From Gammaproteobacteria bacterium (GTDB lineage: Bacteria; Pseudomonadota; Gammaproteobacteria; Steroidobacterales; Steroidobacteraceae), in contig JAYUZE010000175.1 in NCBI GenBank assembly GCA_043752035.1, forward strand, positions 1 through 52,409: a stretch of 52,409 nucleotides of DNA, given 5' to 3'. Within the stretch, counting starts at the first letter, position 1, and every line of letters starts with the position of its first letter. The notes below the pieces were generated by a model, which ran no database searches, was not told where the DNA came from, and saw only the letters and a list, made by a program, of their open reading frames with translations. Shown here in pieces: positions 18,225 to 27,164 of the stretch. Position numbers and translations under genes: made by a program.

Positions 18225-19832
18225 TCACATCCGGAATACGCCAAACCGTGTCTCGGCAATCGGCGCCGCCAGGCTCGCGGCCAGCCCCAGCCCCAGGCAG
18301 CGGCGCGTATCCAGGGGATCGATAATGCCATCGTCCCACAGCCGCGCGGTGGCGTAGTAAGGGTGTCCCTGCTGCTCATACTGTGCGCGTATCGGCGCGG
18401 TGAAGCTTTGCTCCTGCTCGGCGCTCCACTCGCCGCCCTTGGCGGTGATGGCATCGCGGCGTACGGTGGCGAGCACGCGCGCGGCCTGTTCGCCGCCCAT
18501 CACGCTGATGCGCGCGTTGGGCCACATCCACAGGAAACGCGCTCCATACGCACGGCCGCACATCGCGTAGTTGCCGGCCCCGAAGCTGCCGCCGATGATC
18601 ACGGTGAGCTTGGGCACCTGGGCGCAGGCCACCGCCGTTACCATCTTGGCACCGTGCCGGGCGATGCCTTCGTGTTCCACTTTCTTGCCGACCATGAAGC
18701 CGGTGATGTTCTGCAGGAACACCAGCGGCACGCGCCGCTGGCAGCACAGCTCGATGAAGTGCGCGCCCTTCTGCGCCGACTCGGAAAACAGGATGCCGTT
18801 GTTGGCCACGATGCCGATGGGCATGCCCCACAGGTGCGCGAAGCCCGTGACCAGCGTGGCGCCATAGCGGGCTTTCCATTCGGTGAATTCGCTGTCATCG
18901 ACCAGGCGCGCAATGATCTCGCGCACCTCGTAGGGCTTGCGCGGATCGGCCGGCACGATGCCGTAGAGCTCTTCGGCTGCATAGCGCGGCTCGGCTGGCG
19001 CGCGGACCGCAAGCTCAGCGTAGCGCGCCGGCGCCAGCGTCGCAACCGCGCGGCGCGCCAGCGCCAGCGCGTGCGCGTCACTTTCGGCGAGATGATCGGC
19101 GACCCCCGAGAGGCGCGTATGCACATCGCCTCCACCCAGCTCCTCGGCGCTGACCACCTCACCGGTGGCGGCCTGCACCAGCGGTGGCCCACCCAGAAAA
19201 ATCGTGCCCTGCTCGCGCACGATGATCGATTCATCGCTCATGGCCGGCACATAGGCACCGCCAGCGGTGCAGCTGCCCATCACGACAGCGATCTGCGCGA
19301 TGCCTTCGGCCGACATGTTGGCCTGGTTGTAGAAGATGCGGCCGAAATGTTCGCGATCGGGGAATACCTCGTCCTGACTGGGCAGGTGCGCCCCGCCGGA
19401 GTCGACCAGATAGACGCACGGCAGCCGGTTCTCGCGCGCAATCTCCTGCGCGCGAAGATGCTTCTTGACGGTGATCGGGTAGTAGGTGCCGCCCTTGACG
19501 GTCGGGTCGTTACAGATCACCAGGCACTCGCGGCCGGCGATGCGGCCGATGCCGGTGATCAGGCCGGCGCCCGGCGCCGCATCCTCATAGAGGCCGGTAG
19601 CGGCCAGCTGCGAAAACTCGAGGAACGGCGCGCCCGGATCGAGCAACAGATTGACGCGCTCGCGCGGCAGCAATTTGCCGCGCGCCAGGTGCCGATCGCG
19701 CGCGGCCTGGCCGCCACCCTGCGCGGCCGCCGCCACCCGCGAGCGCAACTCACGGACCAGCGCCTCCATTGCAGTGCGATTGGCGAGGAATGCCGCGCTG
19801 CGGGCCTTGACGGTACTGCTGTAGATCGCCAC
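18225..19832 (-). CDS. mccB: 3-methylcrotonyl-CoA carboxylase beta subunit (carboxyltransferase)
   Basis: The carboxyltransferase domain is conserved throughout ([33 protein letters not shown]). The in-frame GTG at 19832 gives 535 aa beginning [22 protein letters not shown], as expected for this family. The longer track ORF start at 20132 would overlap ivd. Confidence 0.88.
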   Translation of the reverse strand: MAIYSSTVKARSAAFLANRTAMEALVRELRSRVAAAAQGGGQAARDRHLARGKLLPRERVNLLLDPGAPFLEFSQLAATGLYEDAAPGAGLITGIGRIAGRECLVICNDPTVKGGTYYPITVKKHLRAQEIARENRLPCVYLVDSGGAHLPSQDEVFPDREHFGRIFYNQANMSAEGIAQIAVVMGSCTAGGAYVPAMSDESIIVREQGTIFLGGPPLVQAATGEVVSAEELGGGDVHTRLSGVADHLAESDAHALALARRAVATLAPARYAELAVRAPAEPRYAAEELYGIVPADPRKPYEVREIIARLVDDSEFTEWKARYGATLVTGFAHLWGMPIGIVANNGILFSESAQKGAHFIELCCQRRVPLVFLQNITGFMVGKKVEHEGIARHGAKMVTAVACAQVPKLTVIIGGSFGAGNYAMCGRAYGARFLWMWPNARISVMGGEQAARVLATVRRDAITAKGGEWSAEQEQSFTAPIRAQYEQQGHPYYATARLWDDGIIDPLDTRRCLGLGLAASLAAPIAETRFGVFRM

Positions 19833-19920
19833 CGCTGCCACTCCCAAACGGCATACCCCTTGCCAGGGACTGCCCGATTGTCCGACAATAACGCAATTAC
19901 CCGAAGACAGGCAAGCCGTC

Positions 19921-21093
19921 ATGAGTGTATTGGATAACTGTGAACTGGATTTCGGGCTGGGCGAAACGATTGCCGAGGTGCGCTCCCAGACGCGGCGTTT
20001 TGCCCGCGAGGAAATCGCGCCGCTAGCCGCCGCGGCCGATCGCAACAACGAGTTCCCGCGCCAGCTATGGCCCAGGCTCGGGGCGCTAGGCCTGCTGGGG
20101 CTGACCGTGCCGGAGCGCTGGGGTGGTGCCAACCTCGGTTACCTGGCGCACATCATCGCCATGGAAGAAATCTCGCGCGCCAGTGGCGCAATCGGGCTCT
20201 CGTACGGCGCGCATTCGAACCTGTGCGTGAATCAGCTCAGCCTGCACGGCAGCGATGCCCAGCGTGAGCGTTACCTGCCACGGCTGCTCTCGGGCGAGCA
20301 TGTGGGTGCACTGGCGATGTCGGAGCCTGAAGCCGGGTCTGACGTGATGTCGATGCAGCTGCAGGCAGTTCGCCAGCGCGATCACTACCGGCTGAACGGC
20401 CGCAAGATGTGGATCACCAACGGCCCGGACGCCGATCTGCTGATCGTCTACGCCCGTACCGATCCCGAAGCTCACAAAAATGCCCTCACGGCCTTTCTGG
20501 TCGAGAAGAATTTCCCGGGCTTTCGCAGCGCGCAGAAGCTCGACAAGCTGGGCATGCGTGGCTCGAACACCTGCGAACTGGTGTTCGAGAACTGCCTGGT
20601 ACCGGCAGACAATGTGCTCGGCGGCCTCGGTGAGGGTGCGCGCGTACTGATGAGCGGCCTCGACTACGAACGCGCGGTGCTGGCGGGCGGTCCGCTGGGG
20701 CTGATGGCCGCAGCGCTCGATCTCACCCTGCCCTACCTGCATCAGCGCAAGCAGTTCCGGCACGCAATCGGCACTTTCCAGCTGATGCAGGCCAAGGTCG
20801 CCGACATGTACGCCAGCCTCAATGCTGCGCGCGCCTATGTGTACGCGGTCGGCCGCGCCTGCGATGCCGGACGCTGCACGCGCCAGGACGCCGCCGCCGC
20901 GATCCTGTTTGCTGCGGAACATGCCACGCAGGTGGCACTGCAGGCGATCCAGGCGCTGGGCGGCAACGGCTATATCAATGACTACCCCGCTGGCCGGCTG
21001 CTGCGCGATGCCAAGCTCTATGAGATCGGCGCCGGCACGCAGGAGATCCGCCGCATGCTGATCGGCCGCGAACTCTACCGGTTGACCGCATGA
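19921..21093 (+). CDS. ivd: Isovaleryl-CoA dehydrogenase
   Basis: 390 aa acyl-CoA dehydrogenase with IVD-type sequence ([52 protein letters not shown]). It is transcribed divergently from the mccBA genes. Confidence 0.9.
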   Translation: MSVLDNCELDFGLGETIAEVRSQTRRFAREEIAPLAAAADRNNEFPRQLWPRLGALGLLGLTVPERWGGANLGYLAHIIAMEEISRASGAIGLSYGAHSNLCVNQLSLHGSDAQRERYLPRLLSGEHVGALAMSEPEAGSDVMSMQLQAVRQRDHYRLNGRKMWITNGPDADLLIVYARTDPEAHKNALTAFLVEKNFPGFRSAQKLDKLGMRGSNTCELVFENCLVPADNVLGGLGEGARVLMSGLDYERAVLAGGPLGLMAAALDLTLPYLHQRKQFRHAIGTFQLMQAKVADMYASLNAARAYVYAVGRACDAGRCTRQDAAAAILFAAEHATQVALQAIQALGGNGYINDYPAGRLLRDAKLYEIGAGTQEIRRMLIGRELYRLTA

Positions 21094-21830
21094 ACCTGCA
21101 GTTTGCACCGATACTCGCCGAACCCAGTTACCGGCGCGTAGCCACGGCATTGGTCGATCACATCGTCGCCGGGCGGCTGCGCGCTGGCGACCGGCTGCCG
21201 CCCGAACTCGAGCTCGCACGCCAGTTCGGCGTGAACCGCTCGACAGTGCGTGAAGCGCTGCGCGAACTCGACAGCGCCGGATTGCTCGGTCGTCGCCCGG
21301 GTTCGAAACGCATGGTGGTGATGCGCCCGGGTCCGGCCCAGGTGGGCGCCGGTGTGCGCCGCGCGCTGGTGCTGCACGAAGTCACCTTTGTCGATGTCTG
21401 GGAAGCACTGATGATCCTCGAGCCACCGCTGGCGGCGCTGGCGGCGACCCGTCGTTCACGCGCCGCGCTCGCCGGCCTGAAACTCACGCTGCAGAACCTA
21501 ATTGCCGATGATGATTCCGCGGCGACCGTGGTTCATGTGGGCGAGTTCTTTCGCGCGCTTGGTTCGGCCGCCGCTAATCCCGCGCTGCTGCTAGCACACG
21601 AACCGCTGATCCAGTTGCTCGAACCCTCGCTGGCGGCGATGATCGATCAGGTGCCGCAGGCTCGGGCCCGCATCATCGGCGCGCAACGCCGGCTGTGCGA
21701 GGCGATCAGCGGGCGCGATGGCGAAGCGGCGCGCAACTGGATGGTCAAGCACATCCGCGATTTCAAACGCGGCTACGAACTGGCCGCTATCGATCTGCAC
21801 CGCAGCGTGGTGCAGCCGCGCGCGAGCTAG
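21090..21830 (+). CDS. GntR-family transcriptional regulator (FadR/FCD subfamily)
   Basis: N-terminal winged helix ([26 protein letters not shown]) plus a C-terminal all-helical FCD-like domain. The start overlaps the ivd stop by 4 nt. Confidence 0.85.
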   Translation: MNLQFAPILAEPSYRRVATALVDHIVAGRLRAGDRLPPELELARQFGVNRSTVREALRELDSAGLLGRRPGSKRMVVMRPGPAQVGAGVRRALVLHEVTFVDVWEALMILEPPLAALAATRRSRAALAGLKLTLQNLIADDDSAATVVHVGEFFRALGSAAANPALLLAHEPLIQLLEPSLAAMIDQVPQARARIIGAQRRLCEAISGRDGEAARNWMVKHIRDFKRGYELAAIDLHRSVVQPRAS

Positions 21831-23260
21831 CGCAGCGCCAGCCGATCTTGAAGTACATCGACGCGCATGGCTTCGAGTGCGCTGCGCTCGGCAAACAGCT
21901 TCTTGATAGCCTGCGCCTGCACAGCCCCGAAGTGCGCCAGCACGCTGCTCTCGAACTTCTGCACCAGCACCGGAATACCCTCGGCGCGCCGCTTGCGGTG
22001 ACCGATGGGAAAGTCGACTGCGATGCGCTGCGTCGTCGTGCCATCGCGAAAAAAAACCTGCACCGCATTGCCGATGTAGCGCTTGTCGGCAGCGTAGTAC
22101 TCGCGAGTGAACTCCGGGTTTTCCTTCACCACCATGCGCGCGCGCAACGCATCGACACTCGGATCATTCGCCACCTCGTCTTCGTAGTCGGCGGCGCCCA
22201 GGCGGCCGAACAGCAACGGAATTGCCACCATGTACTGGATGCAATGGTCGCGATCGGCGGGATTAGCCAGCTTCCCGGTCTTGTCGATGATGCGTACGCC
22301 CGGCTCCTGGGTCTCGATCACTACGCGCTCGATCAGCTCGAGCTTGTCGCGCACCTGGCTGTGCAGTGTCATGGCGGCCTCGACGGCGGTTTGCGCGTGG
22401 AATTCCGCCGGGTAGGAAATCTTGAACAGCACATTTTCCATCACGTAGCTGCCGAAGGTCTGTGGCAGGCTGATGGTCTTGCCCTTGAACAGCACATCCT
22501 GGAATCCCCACTGCTTCGCGCTCAAGGCCGAGGGGTAGCCCATTTCACCCTTGAGCGCGAACAGCGCCAGGCGCACCGCCCGGCTGGTGGCATCGCCCGC
22601 CGCCCAGCTCTTGCGCGAGCCGGTATTCGGCGCGTGCCGGTAGGTGCGCAGCGCACCGCCATCGATCCAGGCGTTGGACACCGCATTGATCACCTGCTCG
22701 CGCGTACCGCCCAGCATTGCCGCCACCACCGCAGTCGAGGCGACGCGCACCAGCAGCACATGATCGAGCCCGACGCGATTGAAGCTGTTCTCGAGCGCCA
22801 GCAAGCCCTGGATCTCGTGTGCCTTGATCATTGCGCTCAGCAGCTCGCGTACGGTGAGCGGCTTGCCATTGCGCGAGAGGTAGTCAGCCACGGCCAGGAT
22901 GCCGCCGAGGTTGTCGGAAGGATGTCCCCACTCCGCCGCCAGCCAGGTATCGTTGAAATCGAGCCAACGGATCATCGCGCCGATATTGAAGGCCGCATTG
23001 ACCGGGTCGAGCTCGTGACTGGTACCCGGTACCCGCGCCCCACCAGCCATGCCCGCGCCGGGTACGACCGGCCCCAGCAGTCGCGTGCAGGCCGGGTATC
23101 TCAGGGCCTGGAAGCCGCAGGCCAGCGTATCCATCAGGCAGTAGTAGGCGGTCTGGTACGCATTCTCGCTGCCGGGCTGGAAATCACGGGCATAGTCGGC
23201 AATATTCGCCAGCACCGCGTCGGCGGCCGGACGCTCGGCAGACCTGGGGTCATGACTCAT
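21827..23260 (-). CDS. prpD: 2-methylcitrate dehydratase
   Basis: MmgE/PrpD family sequence throughout. ATG at 23260 (MSHDPRS..) overlaps the prpC stop (ATGA), so the 575-aa track ORF is an over-extension. Confidence 0.9.
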   Translation of the reverse strand: MSHDPRSAERPAADAVLANIADYARDFQPGSENAYQTAYYCLMDTLACGFQALRYPACTRLLGPVVPGAGMAGGARVPGTSHELDPVNAAFNIGAMIRWLDFNDTWLAAEWGHPSDNLGGILAVADYLSRNGKPLTVRELLSAMIKAHEIQGLLALENSFNRVGLDHVLLVRVASTAVVAAMLGGTREQVINAVSNAWIDGGALRTYRHAPNTGSRKSWAAGDATSRAVRLALFALKGEMGYPSALSAKQWGFQDVLFKGKTISLPQTFGSYVMENVLFKISYPAEFHAQTAVEAAMTLHSQVRDKLELIERVVIETQEPGVRIIDKTGKLANPADRDHCIQYMVAIPLLFGRLGAADYEDEVANDPSVDALRARMVVKENPEFTREYYAADKRYIGNAVQVFFRDGTTTQRIAVDFPIGHRKRRAEGIPVLVQKFESSVLAHFGAVQAQAIKKLFAERSALEAMRVDVLQDRLALR

Positions 23261-24408
23261 GGACGCTGCGCCAGCGGCGTAAAGGGTAGATTTTCCGGGC
23301 CGGTGTAGTTGGCACTCGGACGGATGATCTTGCCGTCGAGACGCTGCTCGATGACATGCGCCGCCCAACCGGTGGTACGCGCAATCACGAACAGCGGCGT
23401 AAACATCGCGGTCGGCACCCGCATCAGGGAATAGGACACGGCCGAATACCAGTCCAGGTTCGGAAACATATTCTTGATTTCTTTCATCACGGCCTCGAGT
23501 CGCTCGGCGATCGCGAAGCGCAGGGTGTCGCCTGCAGCGCGCGCCAGTTCGCATGCCACTTCCTTGATGATCCCATTGCGCGGATCGGCGATCGTATATA
23601 CCGGGTGCCCGAATCCTACGATCACTTCTTTCGCCGCCACGCGGCGGCGTATGTCGCTCTCGGCGTCGCCGGGCGACGGGTAGCGGCTCTGGATCTCGAA
23701 GGCGACTTCATTGGCACCACCGTGCTTCGGGCCGCGCAGCGCGCCGATCGCACCGGTGAGGCAGGAGTACATATCGGAACCTGTGCCGGCAATCACGCGG
23801 GCGGCAAAGGTCGAGGCGTTGAATTCGTGCTCGGCGTACAGGATCAACGAGGTGTGCATCGCCCGCACCCACAATGCCGATGGCGCCTCACCATGCAGCA
23901 GATGCAGAAAATGTGCGCCCACCGATTCGTCGGCGGTCTCGACCTCGATACGCCGGCCGCTGCGGCTGTAGTGATACCAGTAGCACAGCATCGAACCCAG
24001 GCTGGCCACCAGCCGGTCGGCCAGGTTGCGCGCGGCATCGATGGCATGCGCCTCACCCTCCGGCTCGCAGCAACCCAGCGCCGAGACACCGGTGCGCAGC
24101 ACGTCCATCGGATGACTGGTCGCGGGCAGACTCTCCAGCACGGTGCGCACCTGCGGCGGCAAGCCGCGCGTCGACAAGAGCTTGCGCCGGTAGGCCGCCA
24201 GCTCGGCGCGGTTCGGCAGCCGCTCATGAATCAGCAGGTGGGCGATTTCTTCGAATTCACAGCGCTCGGCAATCTGCAGGATGTCGTAACCGCGATAACT
24301 GAGGTCATTGCCAGAACGCCCGACCGTGCACAAGGCGGTATTGCCGGCCACTACGCCGGACAACGCCACTGATTTCTTCGGCTTAAGCGCAGTGGGAACG
24401 TTGTTCAT
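23257..24408 (-). CDS. prpC: 2-methylcitrate synthase
   Basis: 383 aa citrate-synthase-family protein (GYDI..FGHPVYT..DPR..) located immediately upstream of prpD. Confidence 0.9.
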   Translation of the reverse strand: MNNVPTALKPKKSVALSGVVAGNTALCTVGRSGNDLSYRGYDILQIAERCEFEEIAHLLIHERLPNRAELAAYRRKLLSTRGLPPQVRTVLESLPATSHPMDVLRTGVSALGCCEPEGEAHAIDAARNLADRLVASLGSMLCYWYHYSRSGRRIEVETADESVGAHFLHLLHGEAPSALWVRAMHTSLILYAEHEFNASTFAARVIAGTGSDMYSCLTGAIGALRGPKHGGANEVAFEIQSRYPSPGDAESDIRRRVAAKEVIVGFGHPVYTIADPRNGIIKEVACELARAAGDTLRFAIAERLEAVMKEIKNMFPNLDWYSAVSYSLMRVPTAMFTPLFVIARTTGWAAHVIEQRLDGKIIRPSANYTGPENLPFTPLAQRP

Positions 24409-25373
24409 CAGCCAATGCGCTTCAGTTCCAAAGCGGTCAGGTGCAGCTGCGCTGCACTCAGGTCTTCTTCAAGGTGATCGATACGCGACGTGCCTGGAAT
24501 CGGCAACATCTCCGGCGACTTGGCGAGCAGCCATGACAGGGCGACCGTGGGCACCGGCAGATGTCGTTCACCGGCGATGGCAATCAGCGCGTTGAGCGCA
24601 TTGCCGGCGCTGCCGGGACCGTGCGGACGCTGCGCCAGCGGCCCCCAGGGCAGAAAGGCAATCTGCTCGCGCTCGCAGACCGCCAGCACATCCTCGGAAG
24701 TCCGGTCCGCCACGTTGTAGCGATTCTGCACCGAGACCACCTTGATGATGCCCTGCGCGAGACGCAGTTGCGGCACATCGACATTCGACAGGCCGATGTG
24801 ACGGATCTTGCCCGCAAGCTGCAGATCCTTGAGTGCACCCAGCGAATCGGCCAGCGGCACCTTGGGATCCGGCCGGTGAAACTGATAGAGATCGATACGC
24901 TCGAGGCGCAGTCGTTTGAGGCTCCCCTCGCAGGCTGCGCGCAGATGCTCAGGCCTGCCATCTGGCGTCCATTCTTCGCGGCTCGGCCGCAGCAGGCCGC
25001 CCTTGGTGGCGATCACCAGGCCGCGAGGATAAGGATGGAGCGCCTCGGCGATCAGCCGCTCGCTTACGGCCGGTCCATAGGCATCCGCGGTGTCGATGAA
25101 ATTCACGCCCAGCGACAATGCACGCCGCAGCAGCGCACGCGCCTCGCGCGTATCGCGCGGCTCGCCCCAGATACCGTCGCCCGTGATGCGCATGGCTCCC
25201 AACCCCAAACGCATCACCTTCATGTCGCCACCGATCACCAGAGTGCCTGCCGCAGCAACTCTGGCTGTTGCCGATCCAGATGCCGACCACGCCGGATGTC
25301 CCAGCGCACCGGCACAACACAGGGCCACGGATTGCTGCAGCAACACGCGACGCGACGAGAGTACGGTATTCAT
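24408..25373 (-). CDS. Aldo/keto reductase with a twin-arginine (Tat) signal peptide
   Basis: [26 protein letters not shown] is a Tat-type leader, followed by an AKR core ([30 protein letters not shown]). Its stop overlaps the prpC start (TGATG). Confidence 0.85.
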   Translation of the reverse strand: MNTVLSSRRVLLQQSVALCCAGALGHPAWSASGSATARVAAAGTLVIGGDMKVMRLGLGAMRITGDGIWGEPRDTREARALLRRALSLGVNFIDTADAYGPAVSERLIAEALHPYPRGLVIATKGGLLRPSREEWTPDGRPEHLRAACEGSLKRLRLERIDLYQFHRPDPKVPLADSLGALKDLQLAGKIRHIGLSNVDVPQLRLAQGIIKVVSVQNRYNVADRTSEDVLAVCEREQIAFLPWGPLAQRPHGPGSAGNALNALIAIAGERHLPVPTVALSWLLAKSPEMLPIPGTSRIDHLEEDLSAAQLHLTALELKRIG

Positions 25374-26085
25374 GGACTGCTCCTTTGGTCTGACTCAGCC
25401 GCCACAGTGTCTGATTTTGGTGCAGCCCGCGCAAGCGCGCCATCCTGCAGCGCCCGCCACCACCTGCTGCCCTTCAGCAACTCGAACCACCCCAGGCAGG
25501 CGGCACCGCCGAGCAGGCTCAGTGCCTTGTCGGTCGCCTGCAGCGGCGCGAACTGGAACAGCCGCTGCACGCGCGGAACTTCCTGTACCAGTGCAAGGCA
25601 GGCGCAGGTTCCAGCGACGACCCGCCACACGGCGGCATTGGGTGCCGACAACATTGCCAGCGCCGAGCGGGTCCACGAGCGGTTGTTCAGCATGATCATC
25701 ACCTCCGAAACCACGAGGCCCGCGAACACCAGCGCGCGCGCTGCGTTGGTGCTGTGTCCCAGGCGCGCCAGCCCGAAGATCGCCAGGCACACCAGCAAAA
25801 CCGCTAGTCCCTGCAGCAACGCGAATGCGACGATCGGTGCGGAAAACAACCGCGCACGCGGTGAGCGCAGTGTGCGCCGCATGATGTTTACTTCGGCGCC
25901 CTCAGCCTCGAAGACCAGTGTGCATGCCGGGTAGATGATCAGTTCCAGGTATACGATATGCACCGGCAGCAGTAGCAGTGGCCAACCCGGTATCAGCATT
26001 GGGATCATCGAGCAGCACCAGCGCGGCCGCTTCGCGCGCCACATCGGTGCCACGCCCGCCCGTTGCGACGCCGGTGTGGGCGGCC
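25370..26085 (-). pseudogene. Remnant of a cation-transporting P-type ATPase (C-terminal quarter only, with an internal out-of-frame deletion)
   Basis: One frame reads ..AAHTGVATGGRGTDVAREAAALVLLDD (hinge motif). After about 25990-26005 the homology continues in another frame as PLLLLPVHIVYLELIIYPACTLVFEAEGAEVNIMRR.. plus the C-terminal TM helices. No phosphorylation or nucleotide-binding domains lie upstream. Confidence 0.7.
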
Positions 26086-26093
26086 TGCCCATC

Positions 26094-26387
26094 GGCCCGG
26101 TCGCGCTCGCGGGCGCCAGGGCACTGGAACAGCCACTGCTGAGCGCGATCGGCGCCGCGCTGGTGGCAACGCTCGCGGCAATGGCCTACTGGCGCAAGCG
26201 CAAATACGATCCTGGCTTCACGACCCAGCTAGCAATGCTGGTCACTTACCTGCTCGGTGTGATCGCGATCGAGCAGCCGATAGTCGCGGCCGGTGGCTTC
26301 GTGGTTGTCTCAGTGCTGCTCGCGGGTCGCCGCGAGTTGCACCAGTTTTCAGTCATAACGCTCTCCAGAACCGAGCTGCGCGGCGCC
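26094..26387 (+). pseudogene. Internal fragment of an MgtC/DUF4010-type membrane protein
   Basis: AYWRKRKYDPGFTTQLAMLVTYLLGVIAIEQPIVAAGGFVVVSVLLAGRRELHQFSVITLSRTEL matches the central region of MgtC-DUF4010 proteins. No credible N- or C-terminus is present, and it abuts fragments of other genes on both sides. Confidence 0.45.
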
Positions 26388-26824
26388 AGCATTTCGAGCA
26401 CACGCAGTTTGGGCGTCGGAAACAATACATTGAAGGTCTCGATTTTTGCTTCGAACCCCCATTCTTTGAAGGGTGCGAGTATCCACTCGGCATTGTCCTT
26501 GTCGTAGGGTGAGCCGAGATGATGCGGACGCGCGCTCAGGCGTCGCATGTTCTCGCGGATCGCATCGGCCGTCACGCCCTGCCAGAGGCGCTGCACCCAG
26601 CCACGCTGTTCGATCGCACTGTGGGTGCTGTAGCCCAGCATCGCGGCCGTTGGCGGCACCGGCACCATGGCATCCGGTTGTGCAGCAAGCAGTGGCAGGG
26701 CCGCGAACATCAGACTGGCGACGAGCGCCTGCAGTTTGTTCAACGCGGGTCTAGCGTAAGCGCTTACAGCAAACCAGACGGAGAAGGCGAGTTTGGCCTG
26801 GGAACTCGGAATAGTGGTCGGCAT
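26363..26824 (-). pseudogene. N-terminal fragment of an M28-family (glutamate carboxypeptidase II / transferrin-receptor-like) peptidase
   Basis: Signal peptide plus IRENMRRLSARPHHLGSPYDKDNAEWILAPFKEWGFEAKIETFNVLFPTPKLRVLEML, which is the characteristic N-terminal region. The PA and catalytic domains are missing, and the ORF runs into unrelated sequence. Confidence 0.6.
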
Positions 26825-26959
26825 GAGGGCTCCCCTGAAAATTGATCCGTGAATGGGATAGTGCTGCTGCAGCACTACGCCTGTGCGCGTAGTCTTTTCC
26901 AAGGATAATATGGGGGCATATCTGGCAGCGCGTCACCTCAGCAAGAGCCGGCAGGGAGA

Positions 26960-26988
26960 TTGACAGTCGCGGACGGCGACTGTAAATT
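26960..26988 (+). promoter_or_regulatory. Sigma70-type promoter upstream of the TBDR gene (TTGACA-17 nt-TAAATT)
   Basis: TTGACA at 26960-26965, a 17-nt spacer, and TAAATT at 26983-26988. The LacI-type operator begins 14 nt downstream of the -10 element. Confidence 0.6.
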
Positions 26989-27002
26989 CCAATCGCAGAA
27001 AG

Positions 27003-27016
27003 TGGGAAGGTTTCCA
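27003..27016. promoter_or_regulatory. LacI-family operator half-palindrome TGGGAAGGTTTCCA
   Basis: This is one of three related 14-bp inverted repeats in the locus. It sits just downstream of the predicted TBDR promoter. Confidence 0.6.
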
Positions 27017-27164
27017 TTCGTGGTTGCTGATCGTCGCTTGCAACCACAGAAGCCGAAAAAGTGCCCACAAAGACTAGGCCGTGGATGTGGGGTAAAAGTC
27101 AAGGCATGCAGATGGGCCGGGGCCCCTCTGGATGCCTTTCCAATCATAAGTCAGGGGGTTTCAG

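Noticed and set aside
18162-19937. A 591-aa plus-strand ORF antisense to mccB. Similar long antisense or alternative-frame ORFs occur at 21695-23308 (537 aa), 24561-25934 (457 aa), 31334-33103 (589 aa), 9896-11356 (486 aa), 16878-17669, 8046-8984 and 37587-38708.
   Set aside because: - Their translations are Arg/Ala/Gly/Pro-rich low-complexity strings with no recognisable motifs.
- Each lies opposite or out of frame to a gene with strong family signatures.
- Long spurious ORFs are expected in DNA this GC-rich because stop codons are rare.
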